From Neophaeotheca triangularis (Eukaryota), in contig BAAIJX010000083.1 of NCBI GenBank assembly GCA_054600435.1, positions 1-64,000 of the forward strand: a DNA stretch of 64,000 nt, given 5' to 3'. Of the stretch, positions 24,004 to 35,324 are shown one piece after another. Every line of letters starts with the position of its first letter. The first letter of the stretch is position 1. A program made the position numbers and the translations under genes. Under the pieces are notes generated by a model. The model searched no databases. It saw only the letters and a list, made by a program, of their open reading frames with translations, and was not told the DNA's origin.

Positions 24004-27000
24004 ATGCCTCCTTCCTCTCGCCTCACAGCCTTACCACTCCTCATCGCAGCTTTAACTACGACAATAACAACGACAGTTCTTGCGCAAACCAACCCTCTCC
24101 CGTACAATCCCACCCGCATCCTGCTCTCGCCCAATACAACCCACGCCTACATCCTTCAACCACTCGAGGACAACAACAACCAAGCCCAACTCCGCTCTCT
24201 CTCTCTCATCTCCGGAATTGGCACCGACGACCAAGACTTCCGAACCGTGCAGCGAAACCTACCCTTCCTGGACGCCGACCGCGAACTCGCCTACACCCCC
24301 GTCATAGACGAGAGCGGCGACATCACCGTTGCAGTGGGAGAATGCAGTCGCGGTGCGGCAGGCGCGGCAGTATGGCGGTGGAGTACCAGCAACGGCGACA
24401 GCGGGGAGTGGACTGAATACGGCGTTTCTACGACTTCGACGAACAATGACATCGACTCGACGCATCTGGTGGGCATCAATTTCCTCTCCAGCGGCCTGTC
24501 CTTCTCCGAACGACCTGTCAGCAACAATGGCGACGACGACGCAAAAAGCAATCTCTACGTCTTCGGCGGCATGTGCCCTACTGATTCCGTAGAGGATGGA
24601 AACCTCGAAACCTGGACAAGTGCGGCAAATTACTCCGACCAAATGCTCACGCTCATGCCGCAGGGCTCTGACGACGGAGACGTTGATTACAGCGTGGAAA
24701 TGGTCGCCGGAAGAGGCCCGCCAATCGCCGAAGCTGGGTTCTCCGTTACGCCTCTCACCCCGACCTTCTCCTTCGGTTCGGGGGAGGATGGTGTTGACGA
24801 CGAACCTCGCGCAAGGCAGCAGAGCTTCGTTTTACTCGGTGGACACACGCAGACGGCCTTTATCAACATGTCGCAAGTTGCGTTGTTTTCGCTGCCGCAG
24901 GAAAGCTGGTCGTTTTTGCCTGTGAGCCAGCCTTCATCGCAGCAGGGCGATCCGGATACCGGTTTGGCGACGAGACAGGCTAGCGTGCGGGATGTTGAGC
25001 CTCGCTCTGGGCATACCGCTGTCTTGAGTGAGGACGGCTCGAAAGTTGTGTTGTTTGGGGGGTGGGTGGGAGACGTAGGGACGCCTGCAGAACCACAGTT
25101 GGCGGTTTTGAATGTGGGTTCTGGATTTGGTGGTGAGGGGAACGATTGGAGTTGGAGCGTTCCGGAGCAAGACGAAGAGCATAGTAGTGGTATTTACGGC
25201 CACGGTGCTGCTATGTTACCAGGGGACGTCATGATGGTTACCGGTGGCTACTCAATTGGCTCGTCGAGCTTGAAGCGCGTGAAGCGTGCGGCTACCGACC
25301 GAGTGTCATTGTTCAATGTCTCCTCCAATGCCTGGATCACGACGTATGAGCCACCGCAGAGGTACCTAGACGCCATGAGCGAGCAGCAGACTTCTGAAGG
25401 AGCACTCACTACGACATCGCAGAAGGCTGGTCTAGCTGTCGGGCTGATTCTGGGTGTTCTTCTGCTCATTGCTCTGGTGCTCTTCTACTTTTGGTACACC
25501 AAGCGTCTAAAGCAAGCACGTCAAGATAGAGAGCAGGAAGCCGCATCCTCTCACAGTCGCGGGATGTCGCAAATCGGTCAACCATTTCTTCAAAGCCACA
25601 CTAGCTACACGGACGACAGATCAGCCCTCAGCCGTTTCTGGACTGCACCGCCAAAACCGGCCACGCAAGCTTACCCCTGGGATACCAACGGCTCTCAGCC
25701 TTTCCTTCACGGAGATCGTCAAGCAGATGCCACCGGTTTGCTGCTCAACGTCCCGAGCCCGACACGAGGACTCCGCAAAGGCGTAGCTGGCAGACCGTAC
25801 GGGTATCACAAAGCCCCACGGTACGATGACAAGCGAATTAGCCGAGGTAGTGGTAGCATTCATCCCATCGCCGAGCAAGAAGACGAGGATGAGCAAAGCA
25901 ATCGTGCTAACAGCGTTTCTCGTGGCCAAGACTCGACATATTCCGAAGCGCAGCAGCATCTGAGGGACGTCGAGTCGGTCTTTACCCCCAACGCCAACAT
26001 GCAACTCAGGGATATCGAAAAGGCTCTGGAAGCAAGACCAGTAAGGCCGATCAGTGATCCCTTCCGCGATCCGTCTCCGCAGCCGAACCCTCTCGGAAGC
26101 CATCCTGTTTCCCCCGAGTTGGATACGAATGCCGCGACGCTTCGTCGAGTTCCAACTGAACGCGAGCACGATTACCCAAACTTGGCTCGCATACATACGG
26201 ATGGTTCGAAGAACTGGGTCTATCCGTCCGATCCAGTAGACTACGATGAAGACGGCAGAGCCTCACCTTTGCCCTCCAACTCGGACGAGCGTACATCTTC
26301 CACATTATCAGATCGTTCACAGAGATCGACCGTGTCAGAAAACTCGATAACACGAACAATGTCAAACCGGACTAGCAATCTCCTAATGACCCAACTTGGC
26401 ATCAAAACCTCCGACAGTCACCAGTACTCCAGCCCCGAGAACTCACCAGTCGACGACAATCGCGTCTATAGCTTCACCAATAGCACTGGTGGTCGCAAGT
26501 CACCGTTCATCCAAGAAAGCCCTCCTCGACGCAACCGCGCTCGCTCGGCAACCGCCGGTTCCGCCACAGCAGCAGGCGCCGACGCAGATCTGTTCGCGAC
26601 CGGCCGTTCCAACTTTGTCGACCTCCAACAAGAAGGGACGACCCTTCTAGGCGGGATGCACTCACAGCAGAATCCCTCGACCTACGACCGGGACGATCCC
26701 TACCAGCGCGCCCTAGCCGCTCATAGCAACTCCCGTCAGCCAGTCCGTCAACCTACCGTCCGTTATGCCGATTCAGCAGCCCCAGGAGCCAACGACCACG
26801 ACTACATACCCACCCAACTAATCTCCAAACGCCCCCGTCAAGGGTGGATGGGCTCTCTGCGCCGCGCAATCGGCGCAATGTCGGAGCGCTCCTTCTCACT
26901 AACTTCTAACCCCGCGACCAGCAACGCCAACCCTCACCAGAACTCCCACACCGCCACTTCTTCCTCATCGGGCGCCATGGGCGAAGACGACACTGAAGCC

Positions 27001-27816
27001 CCCAGCCCAACTAAACGCTACCACTCCCTCCGCCAACAGCGAATGCAAAATAGTCCCCGCCGCGCCCTCAGCGACGGTGGCGCGGAAGCCCTACTCCGCT
27101 CAAAGCGCGGCAAAGACGATTGGAACGAGGACGAGCCGCTCGCCCCAAACCTGTGGGAACCCTTCACGGACGACCCAGGCAACGACTGGGGCCAAGACGA
27201 AACCGCCACTGCCAAAACCAAAAAAACCCATCAACCCCTAGCCCGCTCCGTCACGCACGGCGGCAACTGGGCACGCTCCCCGCCTCGAGACCAAAGGTAC
27301 CGTGACGACCCATCCGATTCCGCCGCTCCTTCTGCCAAGAACAACCCGACCATCTCTCTCGATCAACCCAAACCCTCCGACGACGACGACGAGGACTGGG
27401 ATGTCGAAACCGCCGCGCGGAAACGAGACGTGCAGGTCATGTTCACGATACCAAAAACACGTTTGCGGGTCGTGAACGCGGATGTCGGGGACGATGGGAA
27501 TAGTTTGCGGAGTTTGAGTGAGGGGGGGCTGAGTCGTGGTGGTGGTGGTGGGAGTTTGAGGCGCGGGAACAGTGTGCTCAGTCGGAGTAAGGGCGGTGGT
27601 GGGGGGAGTCGGAGGAGTGCGAGGAGTGCGAGGAGTGTTAGCGAGGGTTTGAAGGAGGGAAGGTTGGTGGATGTGGATGGAGAAGAAGGTGATGTGAATG
27701 TGGATGGAGGTGGGGGTGGTGGGGAAGAAGGGGCTATCAAAAAGGTCAGGGAGGAGAGTAGTGAGGAGGAGTTCCCACCGAGGTTCAAGAGCAAGGGAAA
27801 GAGAAAGGCGGCTTGA
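24004..27816 (+). CDS. Type I membrane protein: signal peptide, kelch/galactose-oxidase-like beta-propeller, one TM helix, long disordered cytoplasmic tail
   Basis: 1270-aa ORF. Kelch-type LYVFGG, FVLLGG, PRSGHTAV..VVLFGGW and IYGHGAAML..MMVTGGY; TM helix AGLAVGLILGVLLLIALVLFYFWY; tail motif DWDVE..DVQVMFTIPKTRLRVVNAD. Confidence 0.9.
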   Translation: MPPSSRLTALPLLIAALTTTITTTVLAQTNPLPYNPTRILLSPNTTHAYILQPLEDNNNQAQLRSLSLISGIGTDDQDFRTVQRNLPFLDADRELAYTPVIDESGDITVAVGECSRGAAGAAVWRWSTSNGDSGEWTEYGVSTTSTNNDIDSTHLVGINFLSSGLSFSERPVSNNGDDDAKSNLYVFGGMCPTDSVEDGNLETWTSAANYSDQMLTLMPQGSDDGDVDYSVEMVAGRGPPIAEAGFSVTPLTPTFSFGSGEDGVDDEPRARQQSFVLLGGHTQTAFINMSQVALFSLPQESWSFLPVSQPSSQQGDPDTGLATRQASVRDVEPRSGHTAVLSEDGSKVVLFGGWVGDVGTPAEPQLAVLNVGSGFGGEGNDWSWSVPEQDEEHSSGIYGHGAAMLPGDVMMVTGGYSIGSSSLKRVKRAATDRVSLFNVSSNAWITTYEPPQRYLDAMSEQQTSEGALTTTSQKAGLAVGLILGVLLLIALVLFYFWYTKRLKQARQDREQEAASSHSRGMSQIGQPFLQSHTSYTDDRSALSRFWTAPPKPATQAYPWDTNGSQPFLHGDRQADATGLLLNVPSPTRGLRKGVAGRPYGYHKAPRYDDKRISRGSGSIHPIAEQEDEDEQSNRANSVSRGQDSTYSEAQQHLRDVESVFTPNANMQLRDIEKALEARPVRPISDPFRDPSPQPNPLGSHPVSPELDTNAATLRRVPTEREHDYPNLARIHTDGSKNWVYPSDPVDYDEDGRASPLPSNSDERTSSTLSDRSQRSTVSENSITRTMSNRTSNLLMTQLGIKTSDSHQYSSPENSPVDDNRVYSFTNSTGGRKSPFIQESPPRRNRARSATAGSATAAGADADLFATGRSNFVDLQQEGTTLLGGMHSQQNPSTYDRDDPYQRALAAHSNSRQPVRQPTVRYADSAAPGANDHDYIPTQLISKRPRQGWMGSLRRAIGAMSERSFSLTSNPATSNANPHQNSHTATSSSSGAMGEDDTEAPSPTKRYHSLRQQRMQNSPRRALSDGGAEALLRSKRGKDDWNEDEPLAPNLWEPFTDDPGNDWGQDETATAKTKKTHQPLARSVTHGGNWARSPPRDQRYRDDPSDSAAPSAKNNPTISLDQPKPSDDDDEDWDVETAARKRDVQVMFTIPKTRLRVVNADVGDDGNSLRSLSEGGLSRGGGGGSLRRGNSVLSRSKGGGGGSRRSARSARSVSEGLKEGRLVDVDGEEGDVNVDGGGGGGEEGAIKKVREESSEEEFPPRFKSKGKRKAA

Positions 27817-28609
27817 GTGCGCCGCTTTCTTCCGCTCTTCGTACTACGCGGCACGATGGGAATGATGGGATGTATAGAGCTCTGGCTTGGAGAAGTTCAA
27901 GAGACTGAGGAGGATAAATGGATATTCATACCATCTCACGGCTGCCCGAATCGAATCGAATCGACGAACTGTCTTTCTCGCGTGGCAAAGGCGATTACCA
28001 ATATGTCCTCGCATTGGACCTCGGACTTGGACTTGGAGATTTTGGATTTTCACGAACAAGCGATGGCGTTTTGTTATTCTTCTTCTTCGTTTGCAAAGGG
28101 TAATTTGCTTGAGACTAGATGGGAGAGACCCGTCTGCTCGAAGGCGATGATGGGACCTCGTTCGTCGAGAATTTCGACCCTTCCGAAAGGCGCTGCTTCT
28201 TTTGGAGGTGAGGGGGGAATGGGGGGGTTCAGGGTTTGGGGCTTTTGGATTGTTGTAGATACTCACGATTGCGATTTGATATGGCTACGGCCATGGCTTT
28301 TGTTTTTGGTCCTTGTCTTCTGGAACTATTATGATACTTTACCTTCATCTTCTTGTCGTTTCTACTTTTCACTTTCTTTTTTTTTTTTTTTTTCCCGTTG
28401 TCTCCTGTTAATTCCCGTTTCTGTGGTACTCGGGCAGTACGGTAGGTAAGGTAGTACTGACACTTTCATCTTCGTCGACCTTTTCTTTTTTTTTTCTTAA
28501 CTATTACGCTCAGGTAGGTATCCCTTGTTAGTGCTGGAGTCGAGATTTCTTCTTTCTACCATGCTGGGCTGTTTTGTTCGAGGGGAGAAGGGGTTGGGGG
28601 GAGGAGAGC

Positions 28610-28720
28610 TGCTTTTCGCTTTTTGCTGTTTGCATTTTGCTTTTTGCTTTTGGCCCTTTGCGCTTTGCCTTCGCCTTCGCCATCGCCCTCGCCATCGCCC
28701 TCGCCCTCGCCCTCGCCTCG
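28610..28720. repeat. Compound hexamer microsatellite: (TTTTGC)n grading into (TCGCCH)n
   Basis: ttttgc-type units followed by ttcgcc, atcgcc and ctcgcc units. Confidence 0.8.
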
Positions 28721-28861
28721 ATCAATCAGCTACATCCGCCTCGATCAAACGGCTACGAAAAAGGTGGACGAAGAAAAGCCTGGCCAAGTAAGCTACCTCT
28801 CCAACAACCCACCTCTTTAACAAAACTACTTGGTCTCGGGAGCGAGCGAGCGATGGGGTGG

Positions 28862-28897
28862 AGCAATAATAATAACAACAACAGCAGCAATAGCAAT

Positions 28898-28957
<60 letters not shown>

Positions 28958-29000
28958 AACAACAACGAAAGCCCTACCCACCCACCCACCCACCCACGCA
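28862..29000. repeat. (AAC/AAT/AGC)n trinucleotide array followed by (CCCA)n
   Basis: About 34 triplets, mostly AAC, then cccacccacccaccc. Confidence 0.92.
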
Positions 29001-29665
29001 CCCACCACGCCTGGAAAAGGACCACCGAGACCAAGACCGAAAAGTAAAAAAAAAAATCGAATGGGAATGCGATTGCGAAAAGCAGTCGTGGATGTGTTCT
29101 TCTTGGTGGGTTCCGAGGTTTTTGGCCCGGGGGGTATGGGGGGAGGGGTGGGGGTGTAGTTGCATTGGGTGCTGCTGCTGCGGTTTGTTCGCGTGGGAAA
29201 GGGGAGGTGTGGGAGGGAGTGTGGTTTGGGTTTGATTGGGTTAGGGGGGAAGGAGTTTTGAGGCCGCTAGAACCCGGGAAAGGGGATCGGGGGCGCGGTT
29301 TTTGTTGACGGCCGTGGGGATGTGGCGGGTAACGGACGGACGGACGGACGGACTGACGCTTGGAAGGATGGTTGATGCGAGTATGCCTTTGGGTGGCTTA
29401 CCCTTAGTGAAGAGAGTGTTGGAATGGGAGCAAAGAATGGACATGGGTTGTCTGGAGTTCATAGTCGAGTCGTTATCGTGATTTTCGCTTACTTACTGGC
29501 TCCGGCTGTGGAACGTCTTCTACCATGCTCAACCATGAGCAGAATCGTCGCTGTATTGCCACCGGCGCCAGGGCCACGGAAGGCTTCAGACCCGAAGCCT
29601 CGCACCACGCTCACACCACCCACGTCCCCATCCATCCCACTGAATCCAGTCACTACCCCTATCCC

Positions 29666-31066
29666 CTAATAATCGTCCCCTCTACTAATCACCTCCTTCA
29701 CATTCGGCCTCAACAAGATGGTATGCTCAAACTGCGCCGTATAACTCCCCTTGACATCAACAAGCGGGGGATAATCGGCCACGATACCAGACTGCACCAA
29801 ATTATTCAACCCAAGCAAATACTTCTCGTGACCCAGCCGATCCAAATAACGGCGACAAAACGGGAGCGTGCCGAAATTCTTATCGATAGAGCGGAGTAAG
29901 CTCTTAGCCGAAGAGACGCGGAGCGCGACATTGGGAGCGTCGGGCATGCGGGCGTAGTGCGAGGTTTCCAAATCCTCCGTGACGTAACCCTTTCCTGTGC
30001 TGCCGAAAGTCTCGATGGCGTAGGTCTCGCCCTCTTCCATCTTCTCCCGCGAGCTGTGACCTTTGACAATGGGCACGGATTTGCCCTTGCTGCCGCCGTG
30101 GATGCTGTAGTCGGTGATGGTGTGGCCGTTGAGGTTACGGATCGCTTTGATCGGGTAGCTTTTCCCGTCAAGCTCGAGTTCGTAGGACTCCATGGTTTCT
30201 TGAATGGCTTCACCAATCTCGCCCAGGCGGGCGTCGATGCCGGCCATGCGGACACCGGTGTTGGTGGCTTCGCGAACGGATTCGAGGAGTGGTTTATACT
30301 TTTCTTGCTCAAAGGCGAAGGTGAAGGCGGAGTCAACGATGCGGCCGTTGACGTGCACGCCAATGTCGACTTTCATGACGTCGTCTTGGGCGATGCATGT
30401 TTTGTTGCCGGCGTTGGGAGAGTAGTGGGCGGCGATGTGGTTGAGGTTCAGGCCCGTGGGGAAGCCGATGCCGGCTTTGAGCCCATCGCCTTCTTCCAGC
30501 CCTTGGTGACCGACGAGGTTGCGCGCGCTGTTTTCAATCATTTCCGCAATTTCCGTCAGCGACATGCCGGGCTTGATGTTTTGTTGTGCGTATTGCCGCG
30601 TTTGACGGTGGGCTTCGGCAGCTTGTCTGTAATCAGCGAGGAAGGAATCATTTTGGCGGTCGAGCGCGCGTTTCTCTTCGGATGTGGTGCGGTAGGCGTT
30701 GTCGTTGAGGTATGGAACTTCTTCGCCAACTGGGTAGGTGTTGTTGGGGAAGAGTTTGGCTATGGGGACGGTCGGGGGTTTGGTCTGGCCTCCTGCGGTC
30801 TTCTTCTTCTTGCGCGGCTTTCTCTTCTTCTTCTTCTTTTCTGTGGAAGCGCCCTCGCCATTTGCTGCTGTCTCGCCTTCATCGCCGTCATCGTCATCGT
30901 CGGAGCCGGCTGCATCTTCGTTTGCGCCGTTGGGTTTGGGGTTTGCATTGGCCGTGTTGTCTGGGCCGTTCACTGCGAGGAATTAGTAGGTTGCGCAATG
31001 GATTTGTAATTGGGCAGTCTTACGCTTCAGATCAGCCATGCCCTTTTCGGGGCTTACGGCGGTCAT
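29666..31066 (-). CDS. MAP2: Methionine aminopeptidase 2
   Basis: Exon 1 [14 protein letters not shown], intron 30973-31023, acidic and poly-K N-terminus, then [44 protein letters not shown] and [21 protein letters not shown]. Confidence 0.97.
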
Positions 31067-31693
31067 TGTGGGAAAGTTGGATGTATGGGGATTTGATTCA
31101 TTCGAGAATCGAGAATATGAAAGAGCAGCACTTTACTAGGTACTGTAACTTTTATTGTAGGCACGTGCAATACCAAGCTTGTCTTTCCGCGTCTAAGGCG
31201 TAGATGTTCCCCACAGGGCGCGATAAGATCTGGGCGGTAAGACGAGACATATGAGTGGCTATATCGAATGCGGCGCTAGTATACGGATGGGTTATGCAAG
31301 GTTGCAGACGCTTTACTCTTACGCCTCGTCCAGCGACACCCGACTATACAAATTATCCCCCAACTCTGACGAATTTACCCACATGAGCCTGGTATGCATC
31401 TAAGCGCTAAGAAAACCACAAGGATGACATCGTTCATGTTATCTACAATGATACCATTGCACAGCTCACTTGTCTGTCATGATATCTTCTTCTCTTTGCT
31501 TCGAAGTATTCAGAGGCGGTATCGCATCACATCTTCTAGCACTGCGAAAGCAAGAGGCTGCTCGTCACATTGCATTCACGATGCTTGCAAGGTGTTCGGT
31601 TCACGTTCTCTTCGAAACTCAAGCATGAAGAGGAGCACAGGAGCTGAATAGACGTGTTACTGACGCGCCTACAAGCGCCAGTCATAGTCATTC

Positions 31694-32668
31694 AAGCAAC
31701 GAGTCCTCGCCACACCAGAGCACGGCAGAGTGTTGGGCAAAACCCCACCACCTATACGCATCTACCATTTACGGGAGATGGGAAAATGCACTCAACACCT
31801 ACTCCCCGGTGGTAGTTTCGGCCTTCCGTCAACCTCCCTTCGTCGGTAAGAGGAATTCGCCACGGGAAACCCCCTGTGCCTAGCACTAAGGGCCGCAAAC
31901 TACCTAGGTACCTGTGGAAAGATTTTCGGACGTTCGTTGATGGAGCTTTACACGCCCCAGTCGGCCAATTGGAGAAACTTCTCGACGTATTGTTGGATGC
32001 TTGTTAGTAAGAGCGCGGGTCGGTATCCATGGAGATAAAGTTCGCCTGTTTTTGAGACGAGGAATGTGAGACTGAGTCGGAGGCGGGAGGACGATCTTGT
32101 GGGCTTGATTTGGTTTGCTGTTGGTTGGGAATAACACTGTACGAACCCCCAGCTCTCAACAAACCGGTGGCCTTTGCCGGGTGTGGAAGTGCAAAGTCAG
32201 CAAGTGTCGGTGCGATAGCGAGGCTCTTTGTTGTGGTCTTGTGGACTGTGCGCGCAATGCGCGACCCGGTAAGACTTGCTACTCCCTGAGAGGGATCCAC
32301 GTTTAGCGTGTCGCTAGTCGATCGAACTCCTCAGGTGTACGGAGATCTCGCGGTTGGCATGTTCTGGGCACAAGAGGTCAGTACTGTAACAGCGCGGATG
32401 TTTTCGATCGTATGACTTGTACTCCAGGGGATTCTCGACGGCTTTTAGCAACTTAGACTCTGCGCCATTGGGGCAGGCGAAGAAAGAAGTATCAGTAGAT
32501 GACTACATAGCTGCACAAAATATACAAAACCCCCCCGCCGAGATAGCTATACTGTGCGATGAGCAGATAGTCAGCTCCAAAGACACGAACCCCAACATCC
32601 CGCCTTTTGCTTTTCACGAAGCACTCCTCTCCGTGGCGGCACTTGTCGAAAGCGCATGCAAACCTTAA
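31694..32668 (+). pseudogene. Probable degenerate F-box protein gene
   Basis: KQRVLATPE..PPIRIYHLREMGKCTQHLL..SLRR resembles a fungal F-box. A GTAAGA..CTAAG..TAG intron leads to YLWKDF..LLDAC, then in-frame TAG TAA and TGA stops. A protein-like 3' fragment ends at 32668. Confidence 0.4.
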
Positions 32669-32813
32669 CTTTGGAATGCTCCGACCGATCCGGTACGACC
32701 ACGCCTCCAGGTCGTCCTCTTGAGCCCTCAACAAACACACGTCCGCCGGAGAACCCACCCTCGAAACCGCTCCTCCTCCTCCATCTCCTCTCCCTCAAGC
32801 TCGATCCACCTAA

Positions 32814-33380
32814 TCAAGCAGCAATCCAAACAACATTAACAACAACATCCATTCCCTTGGCCTCAGCCCCAGTGTATTTCCAACTCCACATCCCATCGCG
32901 CTCATTATTCCAATAAGCGCCGCTAGCGCTATGCATGCCCCTGCGGCCCACAGCCTTCCTCTCCCCACCAGCACCAGCAGCAGCAGCGAGCTCCTCACCC
33001 CCCAACCCCCCGGCTCCAGCCGCCAAATTCACCTCCTCATCCGTTTGCCCAGACCTCGAGCCGGAATCGCTCAAATGCTGTATTATCGTCGAATTGACGA
33101 TGAATTTCCACTTTCCGGCGGGGTTGCTTTCGCCCGTGGTGGTGGGTGCGGATTCGGAAATCAGGGCTTGCAGGGTCTTGTTCACGATGCTTTCGTTCCA
33201 GGCTTGGGTTTGGCTGTGTTCGTAGCTGTTTGTGTTGGCGAGGGCGCTGTCGCAGGCGTCGGTTGTGATTTGTTGGAGGCGGGTTGGGGGGATAGGCTGG
33301 AGGGGAGTTAGTTGAGGTTTGAGAGGAGGGTATGAGTCGGGAGAATGGGAAAGGTGGGAGCTCACTGAGTTGGAGGACAT
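32814..33380 (-). CDS. Tctex-1 family dynein light chain
   Basis: MSSNS, intron 33297-33365, then PIPPTRLQQITTDAC..Y.H..WNESIVNKTL..KWKFIVNSTIIQH..RRGMHSASGAYWNNERDGMWSWKY..MDVVVNVVWI. Confidence 0.92.
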   Translation of the reverse strand: MSSNSVSSHLSHSPDSYPPLKPQLTPLQPIPPTRLQQITTDACDSALANTNSYEHSQTQAWNESIVNKTLQALISESAPTTTGESNPAGKWKFIVNSTIIQHLSDSGSRSGQTDEEVNLAAGAGGLGGEELAAAAGAGGERKAVGRRGMHSASGAYWNNERDGMWSWKYTGAEAKGMDVVVNVVWIAA

Positions 33381-33948
33381 GTTGTTTTGGAGTGATTGTT
33401 TGATCTTGCTACGGGTTGGGTGATGGGTACTGTCAGGGTTGCGGTAGTATTGCCGTGGACGTTGCTTCGACTGGTTTTGTTCGTTTGGCAGGTATTGCGC
33501 TTTTGAATAAGTAGTATGTGAAGCACAGAGAGTTTGCTGGTCAATTACTAGGGCCGAATTGGTTTGATTTGATTGTTTACCTCCCTTCCACGACAGACGT
33601 TCCGTTTCACAACACACCCCGACGGCCAGCAATCACATCTCTTATCTGTCTTATCGCCAACACTAGCGCCGGCAGTAAGCGGTCGAATGACAGCTCGAGT
33701 TCGACAACGTGCTTCTAGAGCTCGGCTTCTTCTTTCTGTGCTCTGCCATTGAACACTCTACTTTTCTCCTGCCTTTTCTACTATATCCCTTTCCTTTGAC
33801 GGCTACGCCAGACCACATACAGAAGTCAGGCTCTGCCTCTAAAACTGAGCGCCTGCAACAAAGAATACAGCAAAGGCTACCACGAACCCCTAGCACCCAG
33901 ACCTTGACACCACCCGAACAATCCCCCACTCAGCGACCATCACCAGCC

Positions 33949-34404
33949 ATGTCCTCCCAACCCCTCCTCCAGACCGCACCAGGTATTTCCCTTTTCCTCC
34001 TACTACCCCCCTACCCTCCTATACCAAACTAACCCCCCACTCTCCAAGGCAAACGCATAGCCCTCCCCACCCGCATCGAGCCCAAAGTCTTCTTCGCCAA
34101 CGAACGCACCTTTCTCAGCTGGCTAAACTTCACGGTGATCCTTGGCGGTCTCGCCGTCGGACTGCTGAATTTCGGTGACCGCGTCGGTCAAATCTCAGCC
34201 GGATGCTTCACCCTCGTTGCCATGGCGGCTATGGTGTATGCGCTTGTGACTTTTCATTGGAGAGCTAGGAGTATTAGGTTGAGAGGGCAGGGGGGCTTTG
34301 ATGATCGGTTCGGGCCGACGGTATTGGCGGTTGCGTTGTTGGCTGCGGTCGTGGTGAATTTTGTTCTGAGGGTTACTGGTGGGGGTGGGGAGAAGGCGAG
34401 GTAG
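33949..34404 (+). CDS. VTC1: Vacuolar transporter chaperone 1 (DUF202)
   Basis: [61 protein letters not shown]; intron 33983-34048 with an AAG acceptor. Confidence 0.96.
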
Positions 34405-35324
34405 ATTGATGGGATATATGGAGAGAGGGAAGGGAGGGAGGGCTTTGGGTGAGTAGAAGGAGAAAAGGGGTTTGGAGGATGGAGGAGCAGAACAGTCGGT
34501 TGTAGCTGGTGTAAGGGAAAGATGTTACAAACGGAAAAAGGCGTCTGGGTGTCTTTTTCGAGCTGCGGGTATCTGGGTTTCGGAATCGCGTGCGTACAAT
34601 CTTGCGCGAGGGTTGGACTTGGTAGAAAAGAGGACGCAAACGAAACACTACACATACAGCGGGCTGCGTGCTCTGTTGTTCTTTGCCGCTGAAGAAAGAT
34701 AAGCCAGAAGCATTTTCATCACCCAGAGTCCTCTTTTCATTTTGCGAAACGCGTCTCAAAAGCGCGATGGGCATCGAATGGCCCCAGCCTCGCCCGTCGC
34801 AACGAAGAGGGCTGCCGCTCAACGGTAACAAGTCAAGTAGCCCCCAGCTATAACAATGGCGAAAGCAAAGAGCCAGGAACGAATTGTCTGGCTCAAGATA
34901 ACGGAGGGACAGACTATAGCGACTAGCACTATCCATGAATCCCTGTCCCTGACTCAATCCACTCGGAAATATCGCTTTCGTCCTACCCCGAATACACATC
35001 CATCGATAACGCTGACAACTATACGGGCGCCACTCGGATGCGACGCCCTCGATGCGGTGCGCCTCGTGGCTTTCGATTAGCCATGTGGTTCGCACCGGTA
35101 TATGAGAATGTCATAGCAGGTGCCTCGGTAGATGCCGGGCATGAATGCGACCATCCCATAAATGATGCCGTGTTGTTTTCCGCAGCGTACGGACCACAGG
35201 ACGCCAGCGCTGGTGTGGTTTTTCCAGGCTAGTTGAAAGGGAGTAGTTAGCAGCCGGTAAAAGGGTGCGGAAACTCGAGCTCTCCAGGAAAATGCAGCTT
35301 TAAAAGTTGCATTCCCACTCGAAA

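Noticed and set aside
28574..29159. Poly-N, poly-T, poly-L and poly-V ORFs
   Set aside because: Translations of the (AAC)n microsatellite.
29238..29246. GGGTTAGGG (also AGGGTTAGGG near 56052) as a telomerase RNA template or interstitial telomere
   Set aside because: Only 9-10-nt matches inside G-rich low-complexity DNA, with no pseudoknot or CR4/5 context that I could identify.
33381..33632. N-terminal extension of the Tctex-1 ORF in the ORF track (similarly 44884-45042 and 60349-60579)
   Set aside because: Non-ATG starts in C-rich, stop-poor leaders; a good-context ATG lies downstream in each case.
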